A DNA stretch of 64,000 bases, from the NCBI GenBank assembly GCA_016213895.1, contig JACQZJ010000099.1, positions 12,481 to 76,480 of the forward strand. The letters are read 5' to 3'. Below the pieces are notes generated by a model. It made no database searches, was not told the origin of the DNA, and worked only from the letters and a program-made list of their open reading frames with translations. Positions 1-9,464 of the stretch are shown here, piece after piece. The translations under genes and the position numbers were made by a program. Every line of letters starts with the position of its first letter. Position 1 is the stretch's first letter. Source of the stretch: Planctomycetota bacterium. Its GTDB lineage: Bacteria > Planctomycetota > B15-G4 > JADJEK01.

Positions 1-3000
1 AGGTTACCGGCGAGCCGCGCCGGGCGGGCGGCGTCGAGGGCCGCGACCACGTGCTGGCGCGAGCCCTTGATGTGCTCCATGTCTCGGCGGCGGAACTCGT
101 CGATCCGGCGCGCCTGAACCACGCCGTCGAAGTCGCGCAAGACGGGCTCGGCGTCGCGCACGAGGTCGACCCACTGAGCCAGCAGCGAGTGCTCGAGGCA
201 CGCCTCGAGATGCTCGGCCCCAACCTCACCCCGCAGGTGCGCCTCCACGAGCGCGGCGAGACCGACGTCGCGCGCCGCGTTGGACTCCCTCGCATACTGG
301 CACCACTCGCGCAGGCGGGGGAGCGCCTCGCGCCGCCGCTCGATGGCCCGGCGCAGTTCCGTGAGGAAGGACGGGTCGGACGCGGCGGGAAGGAAGGAGG
401 CTGACCGCATGAGGTCGCTGGCCGCGCGCAGGTTCTCGCGTAGCCCGCGGGCGCGGAGGCCCAGTTCGGCTGCGGCGCGGGCGACGTCCTGGCGGCGATC
501 CGCCGTTCCCCGCGCGGCGATCTCTGCGAGAGCGTCTCGGGCCTGGGGAGGCAGGCGCCGCAGTGCTTCCAGGAGGCGCGTCACGCGATCCAGCGTCTCG
601 CGCAGCACCTGGGCCGGCGACGACTCCTTCGCGGCCGGCGGCCCGAGCGCGCGCGAGATGGCGGGCTCGTCGGCGTTGATCTGCCCGCGGCGCTGCACGC
701 AGTCCGCCAGTCGCGTGAGATCTTTGGCGACACGCTCGGCGCGCTGCAGGCCTTCCTTGGCCAGCGGCTTGAGCCGGCGCCTCGCCTTGCGCAGCGCGAA
801 GAAGCGGATCAGAGCGATTGACCGCGCGTGGTGGGCGAAGCGGTCGCGCAAGTCGGCTGCTTCATCGCCGAGGGCGAAGAAGCCGGCGCTCCAGCGGCCC
901 GCCAACTGCGCGCGGTCCTGCTCATCGGCCTCCATCAGGGCGACCAGCGCCTCAACGCGCGACGCCAGCGTTTCCCATTGCGCGTCGAGCGCCGCGGGCG
1001 GGAGCGGTCCTGCGGCGAGGAGCGTCCCCGCGGCGGCGAGCGCGTCCTGGTCGTCCAGGGATCCCGCCGGGGCGCAGCCGGCGGCCTGGGCGACGCGAGC
1101 CAAAGCCTGTTCGACTTCACTGGCGCGGCGGGCGAGGTCCTCGAGCGAATGGCGGATGGACTCCTCCAGCGCGCCGCTCCACTGCGCAAGCGAGCTGTCA
1201 CGCCAGGGGTGGGCGCCCGCGGGCTCGACCTTCTGCGCGCGGAGCGCGACCTCGCGTGCGGCGCCGAGCATCTGTTCGCGCCGCGCCCGCTCCAGGTTCA
1301 CGCCCTCGGGCAGGGGCACGGCCAGGCGCGGTTTCCCGCTCAGCTCCAGAACCCGGGCCGAGGCCGCGTAGAAGCTCATGCCCAGGGGACGGACTTGGTG
1401 CAGAGCGCGAACGTAGTCGTTGAGCTGCCCGCGGAGCACCTGCAGGTGCTCGGCGTTCCCGGCGAACTCGCCGCCCGAGGCGCGTGTCGATCGCTCGAGA
1501 GAGCGGCCGAGGGACTCGAGCACTTGCTTCTTGTTGGCCTTGTGGCTGTGCAGCTCGAGGCAGAAGTCCTCGACGCCGGCCTGCTTCAGACGGCGGTACA
1601 CGACCTCGAGCGCCGCCATCTTCTCGGAGACGAAGAGCACGGTCTGTCGCTGCGCGAGCGCCGCGGCGATCAGGTTCGTGATGGTCTGCGACTTGCCGGT
1701 GCCCGGCGGCCCCTGGAGCACGAAGCTCGCGCCCCTCAGCGCGGCGAGCACGGCGCGCAACTGGGTCGAGTCGGCGTCGACCACGGTCGGCAGCGCGGCG
1801 GGCGGGACCTCCTGGTCGAGGCGTCGCTCCTCGGGCACGTCGGGGCCGCCGCTGGCGGCCGTCCTCACGCCCTTGGCGATCTGGTTGACGATGGAGTTCT
1901 GGAGCAGGGCTTCCTTGTTCTCCTCGAGGTCCACCCACATGAGGAACTTGCCGAACTTGAACAGGCCGACGTAGACCTCCTCGCGCACCTCCCAGCGCCG
2001 GCGGCTCTGGATGGCCTCGCGCGCGCGCCGCAGCACCTGCGGGACGTCGACACCGTGGTCGTCCGTCGGGGGATCCGCCAGGAACGAGAGGTCCACGCCG
2101 AAGTCGAGCCGCATCTTCTCGACCAGCGTGACGTTGCCGATCGCGTCGTCGTCGGCGCGATCGAGAATGATGCGATCGCGGGCGGGTTCATGGGCGATCT
2201 TCGCGGGAATCAACAGCAGGGGGGCGTGGCGGGGCAGCTCGCTGGATTCCGCCTCGAACCAGCGGAGCACCCCGACCACGGCGAACAGGGTGTTCGCTCC
2301 GCCCTCCTCGAGATCGGTGCGCGCCTCGCGCCCGATCTTCTTCGCGGCGGGAATCAGGTGGCTCGTCGTGATCGGCGTGTGCAGGCGATGCTTGTCGAGG
2401 TCGGCGAGAAGCCTGCGCCGCTCCGCCTCGGGATCGACGCGCTTCTCTGCGATCGCTGCGGCGCGGTGGTCGGCTGGATCCTCGTCAGGACGCGGCACGA
2501 CCTCGAAATCGACGTCTCTTGCCAGCCGGTTCTCGAACTCGGCGACGTCGGGGATCTCCAGCGGGATCACTCCGCGATCGAGCCGGAAGTTGAGCAGGCG
2601 GTTCCGCGCGGTGAGGTCGAGGAGCCGTTCGCTCCACCTGCGGAAGCGCCGGCGCACGGGATCGGCCTCGCGAGCGTGGAGGGGCTCGCTCGCCGTGGTG
2701 GAGCCGGATCGCCCCTGAGGAGCGTCGAACGCCGCGGCCAGGCGCGACGAGAGTTCGGTGTCTCCGCGGGCGGCCGGCGTTGCGGCGACGCCGGTCTGCG
2801 CTTCTTCCAGCGAAGCGCGCACCGGGAGCGGCGTGTACCGCAGCTTGCGGGCCGCCTTGACGTCGACGGCGACGTGGAACGCCTCGTCGTCCGCGAGGTG
2901 CAGGTCAGCGGCGCGCAGCGCCTCTTCGAGCGGCGGCCGCGCCGCGGAGACGGTCGTGCTCGAGTCGAACGCCAGCAGGCGCTTGAGCTGTACCTGCGTC

Positions 3001-3845
3001 CTGAGGCGCGCCGCGTCGTCGACCGTCCCGTCGTGGAACGAGTCGTCCTCCAGCCAGACGGCGGGGAAAGCGTGGCCCGCCACCAGGACGAGCAGAGGCG
3101 CGAGGCCCATTTGCTCGAGGCACGCGGCGAAGAGAATCGTGAGGTCGAGACAGTTCCCGAGGCGATCGCTCAGGAGCTGGTCCGGCAGGCGTACCTTCTG
3201 GCCTGTTTCCTCGAAGCTCGCCGGCACGCCGATGTAGGAAATGCCGAGGCGCTGAACGGCGCGGTAGAGAGCGTTGACCTGCTGCACGACGCGAGGCCGC
3301 GAGTTCGTCTGGTAGCCGCTGATGGCGTCGTCGCCGGTCTCCTTGCCGAGGATCTCGCGCGTTTCCTGCAGCACGCGCGCTATCGCGGCGTGGTTCGGCA
3401 GGACGAAGACGGCGAGCAGACTCGGGGGAGCGAGGTTGCCCGGCCATTCGTTGAACGGGAGGAGGCGGAGCGGGACTGTCTCGGTCGCGAACACCGATCC
3501 CTCGTGTTCCAGACTCCAGGTGATCGAGCCGGCCTCCGCCTCCGTGATCGCCCGCAGCCGCGCGTGCGGCAATGGCACGTCGATGGGATCGGGCTCCCAG
3601 ATCTCGCCCGGCTTGATGGCCGGAATGGAAACGGCGTGCGCCTCGCCCAGGTCCGGGCCGAGCCGAATGACGAGCGTGGCGCCCGCGAGCGACATCCTGC
3701 CCGCGTTCCGGACTCGCACGGCCGGCAGGATCGGCACGCCGCTGTGCGCCATCGCCAGGTTCAGCACGTCGCAGGCGACGATCTCGATGTCGAGGCGGTG
3801 GGATTCTCCGGCGCCGCCGGCGCCAGGCTGTCCTGGCGTGCTCAT
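1..3845 (-). CDS. Large DUF4011/DUF3320-type protein with transglutaminase-like N-terminus and SF1 helicase (Hhe-like); 3' end lies outside the window
   Basis: Absent from the ORF track because the frame has no stop in the window. ATG at 3845 with a GGAGGAG RBS. Manual translation gives LNLAMAHSGVPIL, GQKVRLP..GNCLDLTILFAACLEQMGL..GHAF, WSERLLDLTARNRLLNFR (DUF4011) and VLQGPPGTGKSQTITNLIA..VLFVSEKMAAL (Walker A). Frame checked at 1724 and 95. Confidence 0.9.
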   Translation of the reverse strand, partial: MSTPGQPGAGGAGESHRLDIEIVACDVLNLAMAHSGVPILPAVRVRNAGRMSLAGATLVIRLGPDLGEAHAVSIPAIKPGEIWEPDPIDVPLPHARLRAITEAEAGSITWSLEHEGSVFATETVPLRLLPFNEWPGNLAPPSLLAVFVLPNHAAIARVLQETREILGKETGDDAISGYQTNSRPRVVQQVNALYRAVQRLGISYIGVPASFEETGQKVRLPDQLLSDRLGNCLDLTILFAACLEQMGLAPLLVLVAGHAFPAVWLEDDSFHDGTVDDAARLRTQVQLKRLLAFDSSTTVSAARPPLEEALRAADLHLADDEAFHVAVDVKAARKLRYTPLPVRASLEEAQTGVAATPAARGDTELSSRLAAAFDAPQGRSGSTTASEPLHAREADPVRRRFRRWSERLLDLTARNRLLNFRLDRGVIPLEIPDVAEFENRLARDVDFEVVPRPDEDPADHRAAAIAEKRVDPEAERRRLLADLDKHRLHTPITTSHLIPAAKKIGREARTDLEEGGANTLFAVVGVLRWFEAESSELPRHAPLLLIPAKIAHEPARDRIILDRADDDAIGNVTLVEKMRLDFGVDLSFLADPPTDDHGVDVPQVLRRAREAIQSRRRWEVREEVYVGLFKFGKFLMWVDLEENKEALLQNSIVNQIAKGVRTAASGGPDVPEERRLDQEVPPAALPTVVDADSTQLRAVLAALRGASFVLQGPPGTGKSQTITNLIAAALAQRQTVLFVSEKMAALEVVYRRLKQAGVEDFCLELHSHKANKKQVLESLGRSLERSTRASGGEFAGNAEHLQVLRGQLNDYVRALHQVRPLGMSFYAASARVLELSGKPRLAVPLPEGVNLERARREQMLGAAREVALRAQKVEPAGAHPWRDSSLAQWSGALEESIRHSLEDLARRASEVEQALARVAQAAGCAPAGSLDDQDALAAAGTLLAAGPLPPAALDAQWETLASRVEALVALMEADEQDRAQLAGRWSAGFFALGDEAADLRDRFAHHARSIALIRFFALRKARRRLKPLAKEGLQRAERVAKDLTRLADCVQRRGQINADEPAISRALGPPAAKESSPAQVLRETLDRVTRLLEALRRLPPQARDALAEIAARGTADRRQDVARAAAELGLRARGLRENLRAASDLMRSASFLPAASDPSFLTELRRAIERRREALPRLREWCQYARESNAARDVGLAALVEAHLRGEVGAEHLEACLEHSLLAQWVDLVRDAEPVLRDFDGVVQARRIDEFRRRDMEHIKGSRQHVVAALDAARPARLAGN

Positions 3846-4131
3846 GGCTGACTCCTCCCGTAGGCCGCAGAGAGACGGCCCGGGTTCGCGCGCGGACGGA
3901 GCGGGCCGCGAGACGCGTCCGATTCCCCTTCCCGATGTCGACGAGGATCGATCCGAGGAAGTCGGGGACGATCAGGCTCGCCACCCGCAGAGCAGGAGGA
4001 TGACATCGTTGATCCCCTCACTATTCTCGAGCTCGCCGCGATGCACCGGGAACAGCAAGCCGAGCAACGTGGGGCAGTAGACCAGGAAGGCGGGGTTGGG
4101 TCAACGGGGGGCGCCGAGCGCGGCAATCCGT

Positions 4132-5382
4132 TCACGGCTCGTACGGGACGAGCGGCGGGAAGAGCTCGTCGTCGCCCGAGAAGAACTGGAGGCCGCGGAG
4201 GACCACGCGGCGGCTCGAGCCGGCCCGGAACTCGAGGCGCCACAGGCGGCCCTTCGTTCGCGCCAGGCTCACGGCGTCGTCCGCGGACTCGAGGCGGGTC
4301 TCGGCGGCCAGGGTGAAGCGATCCGCGGAGTCCCGCACCAGGACCCTGACCGCCTCGGCGCCATCGTGCTCGCCGCCGTGCTGGGAATGGGCATCGACCC
4401 GCGTCAACTCCACGTCATATGGAAACTCGACCTGCACCGAGACCCATCCCGTCGTGGATGCGGCGGAGCACCACATGGTGCTCGGGTCGAGCGGCACGTC
4501 GCTTCGGTTCCGCGCGATCAGCCCGCGCACGACGCATGCGACTTCGCTGCCGCACTCTTCCCCCGAGTCCGTGCTGGCGCGCGGTCCATCGGGGTGGCCC
4601 GGGATGGTCATCGGGCCGAGGGGAACGAGAGGCGCGAGCGCGTAGCCCGGCGGCGCGTCCCTTGCCGGATCGAAGCGCAGGCCGGGGAAGGCGCGCTGGT
4701 TCTGCGCCAACCCGCGCAGGTCCTCGGGGATGAACTCCCCGGGCGTCGGGCTCGGCGTGAAGCCGTCCGTGTGGTGCGCGGGGTTGTAGGACATCAGCGA
4801 CGCGTTTGACGTCATGTCATAGCCGTACACGTCCACGTGCGGCAGGCCGAACGCGTGCCCGAGTTCATGCTGCAATGTGGACTGGAAGTTGGGGCAGTAA
4901 TCCAGTCCGAACGAAGAGAAGATGACGATGCCGCCGCCCGTGTTGTAGCCGCCGTTCAGCGGCCGGCCGCCGCCGGCCGGGTCGCCATCGTGCGGGTTCA
5001 TCAAGACGACGAGCAGCACGTACGGGCAGTTGTACCGCGTGAAGCGAAGCTCCGTGAGCAGCTCGCTGGCGAACTGCGGCGCGGCGCCCTCGGGCTTTGC
5101 GCGGTAGTACGCCAGGTCCTCCTGCGACCGGTACACGAGCGGCACCCGCGCCGCGACCGCGAACGTGATCCGGTTCGGGAGCAGCTCTCGATACCTGGTG
5201 CGGGACCATTCGAGGTGCCGCGCGAGCCGCGCGCTCTGGTCCTCAGTGGGCGCTTTCTCGTCCCGGGGAACGAAGAAGACGGGCAGGACCTCCACCCGGC
5301 GCGGCGGAACCGCCTCCTGGCCCGTTGCGGCGCAGGCACCGAGGCCGGCCGCGAAGAGCGCCAGCATCCAGCAGGGACGCAT
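4132..5382 (-). CDS. Secreted/lipoprotein metzincin-type zinc metallopeptidase with C-terminal discoidin-like domain
   Basis: Signal peptide with LGAC lipobox; HELGHAFGLPH zinc motif followed by SLMSY Met-turn. Confidence 0.75.
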   Translation of the reverse strand: MRPCWMLALFAAGLGACAATGQEAVPPRRVEVLPVFFVPRDEKAPTEDQSARLARHLEWSRTRYRELLPNRITFAVAARVPLVYRSQEDLAYYRAKPEGAAPQFASELLTELRFTRYNCPYVLLVVLMNPHDGDPAGGGRPLNGGYNTGGGIVIFSSFGLDYCPNFQSTLQHELGHAFGLPHVDVYGYDMTSNASLMSYNPAHHTDGFTPSPTPGEFIPEDLRGLAQNQRAFPGLRFDPARDAPPGYALAPLVPLGPMTIPGHPDGPRASTDSGEECGSEVACVVRGLIARNRSDVPLDPSTMWCSAASTTGWVSVQVEFPYDVELTRVDAHSQHGGEHDGAEAVRVLVRDSADRFTLAAETRLESADDAVSLARTKGRLWRLEFRAGSSRRVVLRGLQFFSGDDELFPPLVPYEP

Positions 5383-5385
5383 CGC

Positions 5386-6486
5386 TCACTCGCCGAGCAG
5401 GCCGCGCGTCTCGCCGGCGATGTCTCCCTGCCAGAGGTCGTCGCGCGCCGTCAGCGCCGCCTTGCCTTGCTTTGCCGCGCGCTGGCGCTCCACCAGGTCG
5501 GCGTGCGTGGTGAAGAAGGGCAGGCTTCTGCCAATGAACTCCGCGACACGCTGGAAGCCGTGGCGCTCCATGAAGGCAACGAGCCCCGCGCACAGCTCCT
5601 CGATGATCTCGTAGCCGTGCAGCATGGCGCCGGTGCACACCTGCGTGGTGTGCGCGCCAAGCAGCATGAACTGCACCGCGTCCTCCGCGGTCTCGATGCC
5701 GCCCATGCCGGAGACGCCAACGCCCGGGCAGGCGCGCGCGATCTCCATGACGTGGCGCAGCGCGATCGGCCGGATGGCCGGGCCCGAATAGCCGCCCGGC
5801 GTGGAGTAGCCCTCGACCGTCGGGAGCGGCCGCAAGGTCTCGAGGTCCACGCCGATGACGCACAGCACGGTGTTGATGGCGGCGAGGCCGTCCGCGCCGC
5901 CGCGCACGGCGGCGAGCGCCGCAGCCGTCGGGTCGGTGACGTTCGGCGTCATCTTGGCGTAGACCGGCACGCGCGCCGCCTTCTTCACCCAGCCGGTCAC
6001 CTCCTCGACGATCTCCGGGTCCATGCCCATGGCCGCGCCCATGCGCCGCTCGGGCAGGCCGTGCGGGCAGGAGAAGTTCAGCTCGAGCGCGTCGACGCCG
6101 GTCTGCTGCACGCGCTCCACGATCTCCACCCAGGCGTCCTTCCGGTACTCCTCCATCACCGAGGCGATGAGCACGCGGTCGGGATAGGCGCGTTTGCAGT
6201 CGTGGAGCTCCTCGAGCCAGGCGGCGAAAGGCCGGTCGGAGATCAGCTCGATGTTCTCGAAGCCGATGACCTCCTCGGGCCGCGTCCGCGCGGTGAGCTT
6301 GCCGTAGCGCGGCACGGTGTTGATGACTTTGTTGCTGTCCAGGCTGAGCGTCTTGCACACCGCGCCGCCCCAGCCGAGCGCAAACGAGCGCTTGATGACC
6401 TTGCCGTTCGTGCCCGGCGGCCCGGACGCAAGCAGGAAGGGGTTCGGGTGGCGGATGCCGGCGGCCTGGATGCTGAGGTCGGCCAT
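5386..6486 (-). CDS. preA: Dihydropyrimidine dehydrogenase FMN subunit (PreA, plant PYD1-like)
   Basis: Start MADLSIQAAG at 6486; NPFLLASGPP, NIELISDR, ELNFSCPHG, KMTPN and QVCTG motifs; no C-terminal ferredoxin domain. Confidence 0.9.
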   Translation of the reverse strand: MADLSIQAAGIRHPNPFLLASGPPGTNGKVIKRSFALGWGGAVCKTLSLDSNKVINTVPRYGKLTARTRPEEVIGFENIELISDRPFAAWLEELHDCKRAYPDRVLIASVMEEYRKDAWVEIVERVQQTGVDALELNFSCPHGLPERRMGAAMGMDPEIVEEVTGWVKKAARVPVYAKMTPNVTDPTAAALAAVRGGADGLAAINTVLCVIGVDLETLRPLPTVEGYSTPGGYSGPAIRPIALRHVMEIARACPGVGVSGMGGIETAEDAVQFMLLGAHTTQVCTGAMLHGYEIIEELCAGLVAFMERHGFQRVAEFIGRSLPFFTTHADLVERQRAAKQGKAALTARDDLWQGDIAGETRGLLGE

Positions 6487-6488
6487 CG

Positions 6489-7817
6489 CTAGCCTCCCCT
6501 CACCACCGCCTCGAGCGACTCGCGCAGCACGCCGAGCGCCTCTTCCACCTCGCTCGCGCCGACCGTGAGCGGCGGGCTGATGCGCAGCACGTTGCCGCTG
6601 AGCCCGCCACGGCCGATGAGCAGGCCGCGCTTCTTGGTCTCCTCGAACAGGCGCAGCACCGCCTCGGGGTTGGGCGTGCGGTCGCGCGCCAGCTCGTTCC
6701 GGACGAGCTCGAGGGCCTGCATCAGCCCCATGCCGCGCACTTCGCCGACGATCTCCGGGAAGCGCTCCTGCAGTTCTTCGAGGCCGGCGCGCAGGCGCCG
6801 GCCCTGCGCTTGCGCGTTGGCCGCGAGGTGCTCGCGCTCGATCACGTCGATGGTGGCGTTGGCCGCCGCGCAGGAGAGCGGGTTGCCGCCGAACGTCGAG
6901 ATCGAGAGCTTCTTGAAGGCGTTGGCGATGCGCTCCGTGGCGATGGTGACGCCGAGCGGCAGGCCGTTGGCCACGCCCTTGGCCATCGTCATGATGTCCG
7001 GGCGCACGCCCCAGTGCTCGATGCCGAACATCTTGCCGCCGGTGCGGCCGAAGCCGGTCTGCACCTCGTCGCAGATGAAGACGCCGCCGTGCTTGCGCAC
7101 GATGTCCACGGCCATGGGGAAGTATTCGGGCGGCGGCACGATGAAGCCGCCCACGCCCATGATCGGCTCGGCCAGGAAGCCGGCCACCGCGCCGAGCGTG
7201 GTCGTCCTGATCAGCTCCTCGATGTCGGCGGCGCAGCGCACTTCGCAGCTCGGGTAGGACTGGCCGAGCGGGCAGCGGTAGCAGTAGGGCGCGAGCGCGT
7301 GCTTGACGGCGGCGACCTGCGTCGGCACCGCGCGCCAAGGCGCGTGCGCGGTCAACGCCTGGGCGAGGAGCGAGCGCCCGGAGTAGCCGTAGCGCAGGGC
7401 GATGATCTCGTGCGCGCCGGTGAAGACCTGCGCCAGCATGACCGCGGTCTCGTCCGCCTCGGTGCCGGACGCGGTGAAGAAGCTTTTCTTCAGGTCGCCG
7501 GGCGTGATGCGCGCCAGCTTCTCCGCCAGCTCCACCACGGGCAGCGTGGGGTAGAGCGAGGAGACGTGGCCGAGGCGGTCGATCTGCGCCTTCAGCGGGC
7601 CGGTCACGCGCGGATCGCAGTGGCCGATCGAGATGGTGAGGATGCCGCCGAAGAAGTCCAGGTACTCGCGGCCCGCGACGTCCCGCACGCGCAGCCCGCG
7701 GCCGCTCTCCAGGACGAGCGGCTCCTGGTAGTAGTTGGCCACGGCCGGGAGCAGGAACTCCTTGTGCTTGCGGTTCACCGCTTCCGCGGAGATGCGTTCA
7801 GCGGAACTGTCGTCCAT
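6489..7817 (-). CDS. Class III aminotransferase (beta-alanine:pyruvate / AGXT2-like)
   Basis: YLDFFGGI, SGTEADE, FICDEVQTGFGRTG, TMAKG and TFGGNP motifs; sits in the pyrimidine-catabolism operon. Confidence 0.88.
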   Translation of the reverse strand: MDDSSAERISAEAVNRKHKEFLLPAVANYYQEPLVLESGRGLRVRDVAGREYLDFFGGILTISIGHCDPRVTGPLKAQIDRLGHVSSLYPTLPVVELAEKLARITPGDLKKSFFTASGTEADETAVMLAQVFTGAHEIIALRYGYSGRSLLAQALTAHAPWRAVPTQVAAVKHALAPYCYRCPLGQSYPSCEVRCAADIEELIRTTTLGAVAGFLAEPIMGVGGFIVPPPEYFPMAVDIVRKHGGVFICDEVQTGFGRTGGKMFGIEHWGVRPDIMTMAKGVANGLPLGVTIATERIANAFKKLSISTFGGNPLSCAAANATIDVIEREHLAANAQAQGRRLRAGLEELQERFPEIVGEVRGMGLMQALELVRNELARDRTPNPEAVLRLFEETKKRGLLIGRGGLSGNVLRISPPLTVGASEVEEALGVLRESLEAVVRGG

Positions 7818-9208
7818 GGAATCGCCTCGTCTGCGCCCCGGGGGGCGCGCTTCAGGTAGCGGCCGCGCCCGGGTTTGCCCAGGAAGCGGCCCTTCTCGAT
7901 GATCACCTCGCCGCGCGCGAGCACGGTCTCAGGCACGCCCGTCACGGTTCGGCCCTCGTACGGGTTGTAGTCCACGTTCATGTGGTGCGTGCGCGCGGAA
8001 ATCGTGGCCCGGGCGGAGGGATCGAAGATGACGATGTCCGCGTCGCTCCCGGGCGCGATGGTTCCCTTCTGTGGGAACAGCCCGAAGATGCGGGCCGGCG
8101 CCGTGGAGGTCAGCTCGACCCAGCGGTTGACCGAGAAGCGGCCGCAGGCCACGCCGCCGTCGTAGGTGAGGCTCATGCGCGTCTCGATGCCCGGCGCGCC
8201 ATTCGGGATCCTGGAGAAGTCCTCGCGGCCGAGCTGCTTGTCGGTCGCGAAGTTGAACGGGCAGTGGTCAGTGGCGATGGCCTGCAGCTCGCCGTTCCTG
8301 AGGCCGCGCCACAGCTCCTCCTGGCGCGCCAGGGAGCGCAGCGGCGGGCTCATCACGTACTTCGCGCCCGCGAAGTCCGGCTCCTCGTAGTTCTCCTGCG
8401 AGAGGAAGAGGTACTGCGGGCAGGTCTCGGCCATGACCAGCGCGCCCTCGGCGCGCGCCGCGCGCACCTCATCCAGGGCCTCGGCCGCGGAGAGGTGCAC
8501 CACGTAGAGCGGCGCGCCGGCCATCTGCGCCAGGCGGATGACGCGGCGCGTGGCCTCGGCCTCGGCGAGCGGCGGTCGCGTCAGGGCGTGGAAGCGCGGC
8601 GCCACGTCGCCGCGTTTGAGCGCCGCCTCCACGAGCGCGGCGATGACCAGGCCGTTCTCGGCGTGCACGCAGATCGTGGCGCCGATCTCGCGCGCGCGCC
8701 CGAGCGCGCGGAAGATCGAGCCGTCGTCCAGGTAGAACACGCCGGGGTAGGCGGTGAAGAGCTTGAAGGAGGTGACCCCTTCCTCGACCAGTTCGGCCAT
8801 CTCCGCGCCGATCGCCGCGTTGTACTCCCTGAGGATCATGTGGAAGCCGTAGTCCACCACGGCCTTGCCCGCGGCCTTCTCCTGCCAGGTCTCGAAGGCG
8901 CGGCGCAGCGTGCCGCCCGCGTCCTGGATCGCGAAATCGACGATGCACGTCGTGCCGCCGAAGGCGGCGGCGAGCGTGCCGCTCCGGAAGTCGTCGGTCG
9001 AGAAGGCGCCGCCAAAGGTCATGTCGAGGTGCGTGTGCACGTCGACGCCGCCGGGGATGACGAGGCGCTCGCGCGCGTCGATGACGCGCGCGTCCTTGGC
9101 GTCGAGTCCGGCGCCGAGCGCGGCCACGGTCTCGCCGTCGATGAGCACGTCTCCCCGGAAGGTGTCGGCCGCGGTGACGATCGTGCCGTTTCTGATGAGC
9201 GTCTGCAT
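7775..9208 (-). CDS. hydA: Dihydropyrimidinase (D-hydantoinase)
   Basis: Start MQTLIRNGTIVTA at 9208; PGGVDVHTH, SFKLF, HAENG, ETCPQYL, MSPPLR and TDHCPF motifs. Confidence 0.93.
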   Translation of the reverse strand: MQTLIRNGTIVTAADTFRGDVLIDGETVAALGAGLDAKDARVIDARERLVIPGGVDVHTHLDMTFGGAFSTDDFRSGTLAAAFGGTTCIVDFAIQDAGGTLRRAFETWQEKAAGKAVVDYGFHMILREYNAAIGAEMAELVEEGVTSFKLFTAYPGVFYLDDGSIFRALGRAREIGATICVHAENGLVIAALVEAALKRGDVAPRFHALTRPPLAEAEATRRVIRLAQMAGAPLYVVHLSAAEALDEVRAARAEGALVMAETCPQYLFLSQENYEEPDFAGAKYVMSPPLRSLARQEELWRGLRNGELQAIATDHCPFNFATDKQLGREDFSRIPNGAPGIETRMSLTYDGGVACGRFSVNRWVELTSTAPARIFGLFPQKGTIAPGSDADIVIFDPSARATISARTHHMNVDYNPYEGRTVTGVPETVLARGEVIIEKGRFLGKPGRGRYLKRAPRGADEAIPWTTVPLNASPRKR

Positions 9209-9248
9209 GGTCCGCTCCCGGGGGAGGTGGGCCGCCCGCACGGGTGCG

Positions 9249-9277
9249 ATCGTAGCCGGCTGCGCCTTGCGCCACAA
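9249..9277 (-). promoter_or_regulatory. Putative sigma70 promoter of hydA operon
   Basis: TTGTGG-17 nt-TACGAT on the minus strand; same layout as upstream of mmsA. Confidence 0.5.
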
Positions 9278-9303
9278 CCGGCGCACGCCGCGCCTCCGGC
9301 CTG

Positions 9304-9464
9304 GCAGCACGTTGAAGAAGTCATCCTGCCTGCGGCGGCGCCTCGCGGCCGATCTCCGCGTCGCGAGATCCTCGGCGAATCCCCCAATTCGCCTCCGCTC
9401 TCGCTCCTTGATCTCGGCCGAGATGCGCTCGCCTCGGCGACGGAGCACTTCTTCAACGGGCTGC
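9304..9464. mobile_element. MITE-like element (family B, copy 1), 161 bp
   Basis: Terminal inverted repeats gcagcacgttgaagaagt / acttcttcaacgggctgc (17/18 match), internal ggcgaat/attcgcc hairpin, and a near-identical copy at 40856-41016. Confidence 0.8.

Noticed and set aside
828-3851. 1007-aa plus-strand ORF
   Set aside because: Antisense shadow of the DUF4011 helicase gene; no motifs. This is a typical high-GC artefact.
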